Assembly: GCA_964016885.1 (NCBI GenBank)
Contig: OZ024742.1
Span: 90,582,001 to 90,646,000 of the forward strand
Direction: 5' to 3'
Length of the DNA: 64,000 nt
From: Eledone cirrhosa
Taxonomy: Eukaryota
Positions 51,714 through 64,000 of the stretch are shown in pieces. The position numbers and the translations under genes are program-made. The first letter of the stretch is position 1, and each line of letters begins with the position of its first letter. The notes under the pieces were generated by a model that was not told the origin of the DNA, searched no databases, and saw nothing but the letters and a program-made list of their open reading frames with translations.

Positions 51714-54406
51714 CCGTTTTACGTCCGTTCTTCCATGCTAGCATTGGTTGTCCTGTTGTGGGCAGTGTCTGGTCGGCTGACCATGCCTTGCTCATACAGG
51801 AACTGATTTTGGCTTGATTTCTACAGCTGGATGCCCTTCCTAACACCAACTTCATTTACATTGAGTGGTGGCTGCTTTTTCCGTGGCGCCTACACGTCCA
51901 CTTTACAGTGTGGGCTGGATGCTTTTTGCCGTGGCACCTCCACGACCACCTTGCAGTGGGAGGGTGTGGGGGCATATTGTCTATATGCTTCAGCTTGTAC
52001 CCATGGGAGGTCGGGTACTCTGTATTACTGCGTGACGCCAGAGGTCAGGGTCGTGTGTCATCGCCTTTGAGAGGTGTAATTGGGTAAGGTCGGCTTTTAT
52101 CACCTCATCCCAGGTCTTCTTGGGTCTCCCCACTCCGCGGTTTCCATTGACTTCTAGTGCTCTGCACATTTTTATGCAGCTGTCATCCTTCATACGCATC
52201 ACATGTCCATACCAACGCAACCGCGTCTTCTGCACACAGCATTTGATTTCTCTTATGCTCAGTCTCTCTCTCAATTCATTTATGCTTTGTCGTTCGCGTA
52301 TATTACTATTACACATCTATCGGAACATTCAGGCTTCGTTTCGTTCTTCCACCTTCAGTGCCCAGGTCTCACTACCATGTAACATTGCTGTTCGGATACA
52401 CGCATCATACAGTCTGCCTTTCATTTTGAGGGAGAAGCCTTTTGCAGCTAGCAGTGGCAGTAGTTCCCTGAACTTCTTCCATCCCGTTTTTACCCTAGTT
52501 ATTGTACTTTCTGCTAATTCGGTCACCTAGGTAGCAGAAGCTGTCTACTGTTTCTACAGAGCCCTCCCAGAGATTGGTGGTACTTGTTTCCTGTGGCTGT
52601 TTGCTGCTTGCTGTCGCAGCACAGCTGCTACATGTGAAGCCTGCATTCTTAATTAGGCTCCGTGAGATCCTGCTACATCTCTTGTGTACCCATTGTTTGC
52701 ATTTGGGGCAGAGAATGGAGTTCCTAGCTACACCTTTCGTACATACTGAGCAAGGCCATTTCCCGGAGGGTATCTGCGTTCTGTTTTCTTTTCTACTTAC
52801 AAAGACCTTAGTCTTTGTCGTGTTGACTTTGAGACCCTTTCTTTTTAGTCTCTGCTTCCAAGTTTGGAATTTCTTCTCTAGTTCTACCATAGATTCAGCT
52901 ATAAGTGCGAGGTCATCAGCATACAGGACTTCCCATGGGCATTCGGTCTTAAACTCCTCCATTATTGCCCGCAGGACTATGATGAACAGGAGAGGGCTAA
53001 GAACAGAGTCCTGGTAGACACCAACCTGTACGCTAAATTCCTCGCTATACTCATTGGTAATCCTAACTTTGCTGACTGCTCCCCTATACATGGCTTGTAC
53101 ATCTTTCACAAGCCATTCATCTACTCCTAGTTTTCTAAGAGTCCACCAGATTACAGCACGTGGAACTCTGTCAAAGGCTTTCTCGAGATCGACGAATGCC
53201 AGGTAGAGTGGCTTACTTTTAGCTAGGTACTTTTCCTGTAACTGCCTCATAAGGAAGAGGGCATCAGTGGTGCCTCTTCCTGGTACAAACCCAAATTGCA
53301 TCTCATCTAGTTTCACCCAGTCCCTAATCAACTGTGCTATAACTCTTTCTGTTACTTTCATGACCTGGTCCATCAGCTTTATACCTCTATAGTTTCCTCT
53401 ATCTAGTGCATCATCTTTACCTTTGTAGCAGTTGACAATGATGCTACTGCACCAATCTTTTGGTATGACACCTTCTAGTATTACCTGGTTAACAATAAGT
53501 GTGGTTATAGTGTGACCTACAGACCCAGATGCCTTCAGCATCTCGGCAGCTATACCCGATGGACCAGTTGCCTTCCCCATATTCATATCTTTGATTGCCT
53601 TACTTACTACGCTACTGCTGACTCGTACTGCTGGCCCCTCTATAGCGTCTACTTGGGGTAGGGTCTCTTCTTCCCATGCATTCTCCTCATTTAGTAATCT
53701 ATCATAATGGCTCTTCCATGCATCTTTCTTCTCAGAAATTGTGAGGGCAAGCTCACTTTTATCATTCCGGATACACTTCTCTCCAATGACATCACAATTC
53801 TCTCTGACACACTGCCTCGCAATCTTGAACACCTCATGTTTCTGGTCCTCACGTTGCAAAACATGCTTGAATTTTCTATCCTCTGCTTCTCTCCTAGCTA
53901 AGTATACTTGTCGCCTAACTTCCCTCTTGGTCTCTATGTAATGTACCCTGCTCCCCCCGTTCTTCCATTCTTTCCATGCCTGTCTCTTGGCCTTAACTGC
54001 CTCATCTACCTTATTGTTCCACCACCAAGTCACTCTCCTCCTGCTTGTGGTCTTACTCCAGCCACAGATCTCATCCGTCGCCTCTAGTAAGTTATTTTTT
54101 AGGAACTCCCAGTGCTCTTCTACATTGAATGTCTATATCTGTTCTTCTTTACTGTCGTAGGCGTTGAGTAAAATATCTTTAAATCTGTTACTGGCTGAGG
54201 GGTCTTTCAGCTTCCAGATCTTTCTTCTCCAGGTTGGCCTCTGTTTCCAGGTTCCTCTAGTTCTGACCGTGAGGTCGCTGACAACTAAGCTATGTTGGGA
54301 GGTACATTCCTCACTAAGGTAGGCTTTTGTGTTTACGACCGTCCATCTGTCACGTCCTCTGATGAGGATAAAATCTATCTGACTCTGATGAGGATAAAAT
54401 CTATCT

Positions 54407-54410
<4 letters not shown>
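51679..54410 (-). mobile_element. 5'-truncated RTE-clade LINE with a (GAT)n tail
   Basis: Motifs SQIDFILIR, TWWWN, NYRGIKL, QFGFVPGRGTTDA, FVDLEKAFD, LYADD, a PHD-like C/H cluster, FCYLGD, RLRWYGHV and GRPKKTW. Confidence 0.9.
52495..54033 (-). CDS. RTE reverse transcriptase open frame (512 aa, part of a disrupted ORF)
   Basis: RT motifs including YADD. Frameshifts follow downstream. Confidence 0.7.
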   Translation of the reverse strand: MTWWWNNKVDEAVKAKRQAWKEWKNGGSRVHYIETKREVRRQVYLARREAEDRKFKHVLQREDQKHEVFKIARQCVRENCDVIGEKCIRNDKSELALTISEKKDAWKSHYDRLLNEENAWEEETLPQVDAIEGPAVRVSSSVVSKAIKDMNMGKATGPSGIAAEMLKASGSVGHTITTLIVNQVILEGVIPKDWCSSIIVNCYKGKDDALDRGNYRGIKLMDQVMKVTERVIAQLIRDWVKLDEMQFGFVPGRGTTDALFLMRQLQEKYLAKSKPLYLAFVDLEKAFDRVPRAVIWWTLRKLGVDEWLVKDVQAMYRGAVSKVRITNEYSEEFSVQVGVYQDSVLSPLLFIIVLRAIMEEFKTECPWEVLYADDLALIAESMVELEKKFQTWKQRLKRKGLKVNTTKTKVFVSRKENRTQIPSGKWPCSVCTKGVARNSILCPKCKQWVHKRCSRISRSLIKNAGFTCSSCAATASSKQPQETSTTNLWEGSVETVDSFCYLGDRISRKYNN

Positions 54411-54454
<44 letters not shown>

Positions 54455-55310
54455 TGCCAGCCAGTTGGTTTTGCCAGTAAAATCTGTCTAACGATTCTTT
54501 TCTGATACATTTTAATAACATGCTCATAGTATCGGAGCTGTGATCTCTCAATATGGAGTAGTAGAGGCTCTACCTGGAGTGACTTTCTGATCTCCGAGCT
54601 ACGAAATCTATCGAGTAAAATTACTTCAAAGACTCTTCAGTGGAACCCCATTTCGGCCACTTTTATTTGCGATCGTATTCTTTCGGTCATTACCCAAGAT
54701 TCGTGACCGTAAGTAAGGATTGGCACGAATACTGAATTGAAGATAGTGAGTTTGGCTTTTACGCCAACGTCCCTCTTCTGATTACTGAATGCTGAAGTTG
54801 GCGCATTACTGCACCAGCTCCCGCAATTCTTGCACTTTATTCAGCCTCTTGCCTTCCATCACTCGTGAACACAGACCTGAGATACTTGAACTTCTCTGCC
54901 TGCTTCAGTGGAACTACATTCACATGTAGCGTGCATGGTGCAGGCTTCCTTGTGAGGACGATTGTCTCAGTTTTCGCAGCACTGTTTTTTATTCCAGCCA
55001 TGCACTATTTGGCATCAAACCTATCAAGTGCAAGTCGGAGATCTACTTCTGTCGAATTAAGTAACACCATGTGGTCTTCGATTTCCAGCCGGCTGATTTT
55101 ACATCCACGAGTCGTGACCCCACTTCCAACCCAGTTGCGCATATCAACTTGTTCATGTAAATAATGAACAGGGGAGGTGACAGTACTCACAACGGGTTGA
55201 ATCTGACCCCCCCCCCCCCACATTGAATGGTTTCGATTTAGCACCATTTATCTGAACACAAGTACTCTGGCATTCGTATAGAGACATCAGGGCAGCACGA
55301 AGCTGACCGG
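54455..55310 (-). mobile_element. Decayed RTE LINE fragment (second family, related to 15180)
   Basis: Remnants reading EKFKYLRSVFTSDGR and SIFVP...YGHESWVMTERIRS. Confidence 0.65.
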
Positions 55311-55519
55311 ATTTTTTTCATTTTGATGACTGAAAGCAAATTTTGTTTGCTTTCAAGAAACCACTGGTAAATGAAATAATTATCTTATGTTGTTTATTAC
55401 ATAACTACATATATATATACAGAAAGAGAGAGAGAGTGTATGAGAGAGAGAGAGAGACATGCACACAAACACACAACAAACGAACACACTCGAACACACA
55501 CACGAGGTCGTTGCACCCT

Positions 55520-56075
55520 CCACCCCCCTACGACTGGCTACACTTCACTTTACCTACCATCCATCCGCGCTGCATCTCCAGAGAGCGATCCTTCCACAGC
55601 CTTCAGTCGAGCCCTTCTACATCCTTCACCTTCCACCTCCCACGCCTCCCCTCCTTGAAGCGCGCACATAACCTCCGTAATCCCCTCGTCCACAGTTCGC
55701 TTCTCCCAGTGTTACACATTCCTGCGCGTACTTATATGTGTGTGCTTTTACATCAGTGCGTGGACGCATCACCACTACTATCACTACCACCACACAGCAT
55801 ATACACACACCACCAACGCCATCACCACCACCATTGCCAGTAGCGCCACCTCTACGCCATACAATCCGTACAATTCGCCCTGGCGGTGCCCACCTAAACA
55901 CTGCACGTCTTCGCCCCTCACTCTGACCCCCACACCCGCACACCGGACCCCCCTCCACCCCCCTATTTTTTTCTTCTGCTTTTTATTTTCCTCGCCCTTT
56001 CTGTTTGTGTGTGTTTTTTTCATGAAGGGCAAATGCCCGATACGTTGAATATGTAACTCACTCTTCTACCTTCAA
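55520..56075 (+). mobile_element. Penelope-like remnant with a decayed 3' hammerhead
   Basis: An LTYHP-like motif and KRAHNLRNPLVHS, then ATGA A GGGC AAAT GCCC GATAC GTT at ~56022-56046. Confidence 0.55.
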
Positions 56076-56142
56076 ACGTGAAACTAATACAACTTTGTTA
56101 TTGCATCCACTTGTTTATTCATTTTTCTGTTTCCTTGATTTA

Positions 56143-56277
<135 letters not shown>

Positions 56278-56584
56278 AAGGTACTCCGTTGGTTACGACG
56301 AGGAGTTTTCCAGTTGAACCGATCAACGAAACAACCTGCTCGTGAAATTAACGTGCAAGTGGCTGAGCATTCCACAAACATGCGTACTTTTAACGTAGTT
56401 CTCTGGGAGATTCGGCATAACACTGAATGTGACAAGCCAGGCCCTTCGGATTACTGGTACAACTCATTTTTGCCAGCTGAGTGAACTGGAACAACGTGAA
56501 ATAAAGTGTCTTGCTCAAGGACACAGTGTGCCGCCGGGAATCGAACTCATGACCTTACGATCGTGAGTCGAATTCCCTCACCAC
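56278..56584 (-). mobile_element. Second tRNA-type SINE family
   Basis: Reverse B-box GGGAATCGAACTC. Related sequence at 17220-17480 and 63760-63960. Confidence 0.7.
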
Positions 56585-56755
56585 ATTTTGTTATTAACAT
56601 ATGCAGGCTATTGTCGTCTCCTTCAACCTTCTCCTTTCTATCTTAACTTCCATTACATTTATCCCCTCACATTCTTACATGTAGTACATTCATTCTCTTT
56701 TCTTTCTATTCCTTCAATGTCCATTCCCTTTACTTTCATTCATTTCCTCCCCCGT

Positions 56756-56830
<75 letters not shown>

Positions 56831-57130
56831 TCTCTCCCTATCTACTCTCTCCATTTTTATCGTCTGCTTCAATCAATTGCTGTTCACACCTTCAAATACA
56901 TATCTGACCCCTCCCTTGTACCACTTCCTTATATTCTCCTTCTTCTCATTCTCCATCTACCAACTCCCCAACCATATTTTATTTATTTCCGCCTATCTCC
57001 TACTCTTTATATTTTTTCCTTTATCAAAATTTATCTAATGGCACTCAAAATTATACTTGCAATTTATGCTTTTTTGTTTCCCTCTAACATTTCCTCTTAC
57101 ATTTGTTCATGCGCGCTGTTCTGTTTATAT

Positions 57131-57202
<72 letters not shown>

Positions 57203-58564
57203 CATTTTATCGTCTGCTTTAGTGAATCCCCTTTCGTACCTTCACTTACGTATCCCATTCTCCGCCTCTTTTCGCACCCCATCGTACTCTTTCTCATTGT
57301 TTTCTTCATAACCTACCTTCCTATCTTTTTCTTCTATTTCACTGATTTACCTCTCACTCTTTCTCTCTTTCTTTCACTCATTCAATAGTCAATCCTCTGT
57401 GTTTAACAAGTCTTGTTTCTCTTTTAGCTTTTACCTCTATCTTCCCATATTTCCACCTTACACCGTATCTCTCCCTTTCTCTGTCTTTCTTTATCTTCCT
57501 ACGTTTTTCTCCACCTTTCATTCTCTCAGTTAATTCCTATCCGTAACTTTCCACCTCCACATTCAGTCGCTCCCTGTCTCCCTTCACTCCTCTACTATCT
57601 CTTCTTATCTCTCTTCTTTTTTTTCAATCATCTCCTTCAAATTGCTTACTGCTCGCTTCTATTCATTTCCTCCGACCAAGTCTCTCTCTCCTTCTCTCTC
57701 TTTCTCTCTTTCACACACACACACAGCTTCTGGCCTTTACTTCACCATCACCTTTCCGCATTCCTTGCTCTCCACTTTGTATACATAATTTTCACTCTGT
57801 TACTCCGCCTTTTTTTTACTTCACTGTTTATCGTTGCGCACTGTTTATATATAGACTCACATTCATTCATATATACCAACATACAATTACGCACAAATAA
57901 ATGCATGCATAAAACACATACACACATACACACACACATATATATATATATATGGCTACATCGTTAAGAATTTCGCTTTGCATATCCGGGTTCGATCCTA
58001 TTGAATACCTTGGTTTTCACAATAGACGAAGTAGAATTCGGTCGTCGGATCTGTACAGAAATCCATCGAAACGGCCGGAGCTCAGCCGTCGGGGTCCTGA
58101 CATTTTTCTTATATATATACATATATATATGGCGAGGGGTATTTGTTTTTATAGAAATACACCCTTGTACCTCTTACACATGCAAGCGTTTACGTAGACA
58201 TATATAATATAAATCATGGATCCTCCGTCGCTTTCGCTGATGAGCATTCTTCTTTTCGATAAAAGTGAAAGTTCTACTCGTAAAGTTAACTTTTGAGTAC
58301 CAGTTAAGTAAATAATTGTCTTTAACATTCCTCCAGATTCTGGCCTTGTGCCAGTTTAGATTGGAATTATTCACTTTCATCGCAGGACAAATTATCGGCG
58401 ATTAGACTGTTTATATATATATTGTCATATAAAAATCAGTATAATGCACAATGTAAAGATTAACAGTAATTGTTCCGATATAATTGTATAGACGACGGTT
58501 TAAAGCGCATTGGAATCACTTTACAGTGCCGCTATCGAAGGCGTTGTTTTCTATATATATTATT

Positions 58565-58850
58565 ATTGTTTCTACTTTTGGTACAAGGCCAGCAATTTTC
58601 CCAGTGCATTACTGGTACTTTATTTTATCGACCCCGTAAGGATAGTTTCTATATACTATTATGCCGGATTGGCAGTATCGGTAGAGGGTCGGACGCCATG
58701 CCTTGCAGCACAGAGTTACGTCCCACTATGGACTGAGTTCAAATCCCGCTGAGGTTAACTTTGCCTTTCATCCTTACGGGGTCAATAAAATAAAGTACCA
58801 GTAATGTACTGGGTTATTGCTGGCCATGTGCCAAACGTAGAAACAACTAT
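58565..58850. mobile_element. Two SINE copies in opposite orientation (58565-58622 minus, 58665-58850 plus)
   Basis: The family core appears on both strands. Confidence 0.8.
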
Positions 58851-58985
58851 TATGCCAGTCTCATTGCTAGTAACACATCGATGCTCAAGGAAAGTATAGA
58901 TGTTATCAATAGATATAAAAATATAGGTAGATGATGATGTAATAAACGGAGAATGTATACGTGATATCGGCTCCCTACATATATA

Positions 58986-59062
58986 CAGGGTGTCCCCCAA
59001 AATGTATACAAATACTTACTAGAATGCTGTTGAAGTGTGTATATAATTTTTGGGACACCCTG
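58986..59062. mobile_element. 77-bp Tc1/mariner-type MITE
   Basis: TA|CAGGGTGTCCC...GGGACACCCTG|TA, with inner inverted AAAATGTATACA/TGTATATAATTTT. Confidence 0.8.
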
Positions 59063-59257
59063 TATATATATTTACGAATTGAAGAATATATATATATATA
59101 TATATACGATATTAATAAATGGAAACTATATTTATAAAACCATATTTATTTCATTATACATATTTCAAGGATACCATGTTAATACTTGTCGGGTGCTTTA
59201 TACCAGTTATAAAAATATTTGCTTGTTGTATCCCAACAATTTAAATAGAACGTTTGC

Positions 59258-59290
<33 letters not shown>

Positions 59291-59358
59291 AATATATGTG
59301 CGTGTTTAACATATGTGTGTGTGTATATGAGTGTATCTATCTATCTATCTATCTATCT

Positions 59359-60025
59359 AGAGAGGTGTTGTACCCCAGCATGAAAGATGGGTGAAAGTGG
59401 CGAGAATGGCCCGTGTGAATGGGCCTTCTCTCTATATCAACCTGTAGGTTGAGGAAAAAGAGGAGGAGAGGAAAGGAGTACAAACTCTTCGTACTCCTGG
59501 AGATCAGGGTTGCACATTTTTTTTCGGGGGTATGTGTTACCCATATGTAATGTCTCCCCCTATTGGGGAAAATCGACTAATTTTTAAATTGCATTTGTGA
59601 TAATATTTTACACGTTTTTATTGTATGTAAACTTTCCCCTTTGTATTTGTCCCCTTCTTTAGGTACCACTTTAGAAGGAGAATCAGAGTGGAGAGAGAGG
59701 CCCTGCACCCCAGTAAATTTACTGAAAGGTGGGTGAATGTAGCAAAAATGGCCCGAGTGATTGGGCCTTCTCTGTATATAAACCTGTAGGTTGAAGAAGA
59801 GAGCAAAAGGAAGAAAGGACCACTTGCACAACACGCTCCTGAAGTTGAGGGTTGTTCTATCGACGGGGTATTAAACAACCCATTTGTGCCCCACTCCCCC
59901 TATTGGGGATTTCGATTGTTATAATTGTTTGTTTTATATTTTTTTAGATGATTGTATGTAAAATCCCCTGCATGTCTTTGTTTTGTCCCCTTTTTTTGTG
60001 CGCCCTTGTGGCTAATAAAGAAATA
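59359..60025 (+). mobile_element. Two tandem 3'-end fragments of a Tx1 subfamily, flanked by (TATC)n
   Basis: GAAAGATGGGTGAAAGTGGCGAGAATGGCCCG and CCCCCTATTGGGG match the Tx1 3' ends at 30900-31100. Confidence 0.7.
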
Positions 60026-60204
60026 TATCTATCTATCTCTATACATATATATGACTGGCGGTCATTGACAGTCGGTTTTCATGACGATTTCCTTTGAATG
60101 AAACAGTTCTAGTCTTGTAGAAGCCATTTCTACATTAAATATTTATATTCTACTATATATTGAGTACCTTACTTACTGTGGTTACCCCCGATTGAACCCG
60201 GGAT

Positions 60205-60239
<35 letters not shown>

Positions 60240-60816
60240 ATTTATATTTATATATATATATAATATATACTATATATGTATATAATATATATATGTATAT
60301 AATAAGTATATAATATAACATATACATATGTGTGTGTGTGTGTGTGTGTATAGATATAATATTTATGCATGTGTGTATATATATATATATGTATGTATAT
60401 GTATATATATATATATGTATATGTTTATGTGTATGTATGTACATACATACACATATACATATACATGTGTGTATGTGTGTGTGTGTATATACTTAGAATA
60501 TATACATAATATACATAATATATCTATTTATATATATATATATAATATATGTATATATATATTATAATATATATATATTATATTATATATATATATATGT
60601 ATATATATATATTATATTATATATATATATATATAATATATGTATATACATACATACATACATACATACATACATACATACATACATACATACATACATA
60701 CATACATACATACATACATACATACATACAAATATATATATATATATAATTAGGATAACTTGAACCGTTTAGGTATATTATCCTTGGTTATGTCAAATAT
60801 TTATAAAACATTTCGT

Positions 60817-60875
60817 ATTTTATCTGATGATAGCGTACCAAAATTTTGATACACTTGAAATATATATAATTGAAT
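60817..60875 (+). ncRNA. Hammerhead ribozyme
   Basis: ATTTTAT-CTGATGA-T AGCGTACCAAA AT TTTGATACACT T-GAAATA TA TAT A-ATTGAAT. Confidence 0.65.
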
Positions 60876-60915
60876 AAATATTGTTTTATAAATATAGTTT
60901 CCATTTATTTAATAC

Positions 60916-60957
<42 letters not shown>

Positions 60958-60967
60958 TATATATATA

Positions 60968-61050
<83 letters not shown>

Positions 61051-61168
61051 ATATAATATATATATATACATATATATGTATATATAATATAATATATATA
61101 TATATATAATATAATATATATATATATATACATATATATACATATATATATATACATATATATATATA

Positions 61169-61256
<88 letters not shown>

Positions 61257-61374
61257 ATATAATATATATATATACATATATATGTATATATAATATAATA
61301 TATATATATATATAATATAATATATATATATATATACATATATATACATATATATATATACATATATATATATA

Positions 61375-61457
<83 letters not shown>

Positions 61458-61522
61458 GAATAATCGAGTATCGAAAAATCGAGATAAATATACATGGGTG
61501 CGTATGATTGTGTATAGAAGAT

Positions 61523-61823
61523 TATATTAATAAAAGGAATTCAAACTTTGTCTGATTTACTCGTTTTATTTACAATCCTTTAAAATTTATAATGGTATTA
61601 GAATGAAATAGTATGGTAGAATATTCAACTGTGAAAATTGCAAACTTGACTGTCACCACACATTATGAACCTGAAGATTGCGAAAGCATGAAAGTACTTG
61701 TTCAATTAACACTTAACATTTAATATTCTACCATACTATTTCATTCTAATACCATTATAAATTTTAAAGGATTGTAAATAAAACGAGTAAATCAGACAAA
61801 GTTGGAATTCCTTTTATTAATAT
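61523..61823. repeat. Fold-back with ~100-bp arms and a hammerhead in the loop
   Basis: 61523-61626 is the reverse complement of 61722-61823. Confidence 0.88.
61666..61704 (+). ncRNA. Minimal 39-nt hammerhead ribozyme
   Basis: TGAAC-CTGAAGA-T TGC GAAA GCA T-GAA AG TA CT T-GTTCA. Palindromic stem III, GAAA tetraloop, triplet CUU. Confidence 0.85.
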
Positions 61824-61881
61824 ACATATATATATATAATTATATATGTATATATATAATATAATATATATATATATACAT

Positions 61882-61922
<41 letters not shown>

Positions 61923-61931
61923 GTATATATA

Positions 61932-62117
61932 TAATTGTTTCTGCGTTTGGCACAAGGCCAGCAATTACTCAGTGCATTACTGGTACTTTATTTTATCGAG
62001 CCCGTAAGGATGAAAGACAAAGTTAAGCTCGGCGGGAATTGAACTCAGAATGGCAAAGGCCGTAACTCTATGCGTCAAAGCATGGCGTCCGACCCTCTAC
62101 CGATACTGCCAATCCAA
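61932..62117 (-). mobile_element. Full-length SINE
   Basis: Reverse complement of the 3550 family. Confidence 0.85.
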
Positions 62118-62126
62118 TAATATATA

Positions 62127-62162
<36 letters not shown>

Positions 62163-62274
62163 TATATTAGAAAGATCGAGTATCGAAAAATCGGCGCACG
62201 AGTTCACGATAAACAAAATTCGAAATGAGCGGCAGAGGGCTCAATAATTCAGATGAATCAGAGATATATATATG

Positions 62275-62356
<82 letters not shown>

Positions 62357-62658
62357 CCTTGCTCACTTTTGATGGTCTTTTGTCTCTTGTTCACGATTTC
62401 ACCGAGTTTATATTCATAGAGATCTGGGACTTGTCTATTTCTTCTCACTTTCCGTTGCTTAAACTTTTTTGTTTGTTACCCTGGCCTCCCCTTTGTTTAC
62501 GTGTCCCAACGACTTTTTTTAGCACCAACCTGAGGCATATGGCCCTTAAAGCGATGAAATGCCTGGGACGGTTGGAGGGTCACTGATGAAGGACCTACTT
62601 TTTCACATGCCCCACCATTTGCAACGGGCAGCCTATTATTTTCATATATATATATATA

Positions 62659-62898
62659 TATAAAGAAAAAGGGATGAAATCGAAAATGCAACTGAAGTCT
62701 TATTTTTTTTAAAAATATATATATTTATTTGGTTCCTTTACATCTGAGATGTGAGAAAAACCACAGACCCTCCATCTCAACTCACCTTTTGAAAAGCAGA
62801 AGAACTGCGAAACCGGTAAAGGAACCAAATAAATATATATATTTAAAAAAAAAATAAGACTTCAGTTGCATTTTCGATTTCATCCCTTTTTCTTTATA
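62659..62898. repeat. Fold-back with ~83-bp arms and a hammerhead in the loop
   Basis: 62659-62741 is the reverse complement of 62816-62898. Confidence 0.88.
62785..62822 (+). ncRNA. Minimal hammerhead, U3-A8 core variant
   Basis: CCTT-TTGAAAA-GCAG AAGAA CTGC-GAAAC CG GTA-AAGG. Confidence 0.75.
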
Positions 62899-62953
62899 CT
62901 TCCACTCGTGTAGGACACCTCGGTTATTTTTCATTTTGTAAAAAAAGCCTCAC

Positions 62954-63008
<55 letters not shown>

Positions 63009-63054
63009 GTATATATATAATATATATATGTACCAGAAAATTACATTGACAGTC

Positions 63055-63105
63055 GGCTTTCTGATGATTTCCTCCGAATGAAACAGTTCTAGTCCTGTAG
63101 AAGCC
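63055..63105 (+). ncRNA. Type I hammerhead with a normal stem III
   Basis: GGCTTT-CTGATGA-T TTC CTCC GAA T-GAAACAG TTCTAGTC CTGT A-GAAGCC. A degenerate copy lies at 60074-60125 and half copies at 51582-51660. Confidence 0.8.
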
Positions 63106-63145
63106 ATTTCTATATTAAATATATATATATATATATATATATAAT

Positions 63146-63229
<84 letters not shown>

Positions 63230-63288
63230 TATATATATATATATACACATATATATATGTTACTATATATATATGTTATTTATTATAT

Positions 63289-63320
<32 letters not shown>

Positions 63321-63407
63321 GAGAAATAGATATCTTATGTATATAATGTATATACTTTATGTATATATATATACACACACACACACACACATATACAGAC
63401 TCACATA

Positions 63408-63469
<62 letters not shown>

Positions 63470-64000
63470 TGTGTATATATATATTTATACATATATATAT
63501 GTACATATATTTCCAAACCTAGGTAGGTTATATTTGATGTGTCTCTTCGTTTTAGGTGCATTTATAAACCTTTATCGGGCGGCGATTTTGCAGAGCCGTT
63601 AGATCATCGGATAAAATGCATCATTATTCGTTCAGGGTCGCCTCACGACCAAATGCTGTAGAGGTTATTTTTACCTTTCACCCTTTCAAGGTCGATAAAT
63701 AAAGAAATACTCCAATACTGGTTCTATATGTCTCTCACTTCTTCTGTATTACTTTATCTCCTTCAAACGTGTACTCTGAAGATTGTTTGCAGAGAGATTC
63801 AGTGTGGCTTGACGTGACGACAATGCTGTCCCTTTGAATTATAAGTACTTTTTAAAACCAGCTCAGTCGACTGGAGTAACGTTAAATAGTGCTTTGTTCA
63901 ACCTGCCGCCCGGAATCGAATTCTTGATCTTATGGTCGTGAGTCGATTCCTTAAACCCTAAGACAAGCACAAATGAACTCACACACACACACACACACAC

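Noticed and set aside
54357-54410. Duplicated CTGATGAGGATAAAATC
   Set aside because: It is the antisense of RTE coding sequence (SQIDFILIR) duplicated at the truncation point, and has no GAAA core.
58231-58285. CTGATGA...GAAAGT TCT ACT C hammerhead-like motif
   Set aside because: Stem I and the base of stem II pair poorly. Kept only as a possible relic.

Overview
This is an AT-rich, microsatellite-dense eukaryotic window. The repeat landscape suggests an octopus or other cephalopod, but that is inference. I found no host protein-coding exon, and most ORFs in the track are translations of microsatellites. Main contents: (1) A ~16.5 kb pile-up (18.5-34.9 kb) of non-LTR retrotransposons joined by (TTA/TAA)n tracts. 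The R4/Dong-type elements (RT plus restriction-like endonuclease) are all on the minus strand and the Tx1/L1-type elements are all on the plus strand. (2) RTE, CRE-like and Penelope (GIY-YIG) remnants, many tRNA-type SINEs, a non-autonomous Helitron and a Tc1/mariner MITE. (3) The most notable signal is about 20 type I hammerhead ribozyme (HHR) motifs, read by eye on both strands. About a dozen have an intact or compensated core. They sit in short non-coding cassettes inserted in (TA)n, many with fold-back inverted arms. One is a 524-bp tandem unit resembling a retrozyme, and several carry a compensatory U3-A8 core. All structures were derived by hand, and ribozyme activity is untested.
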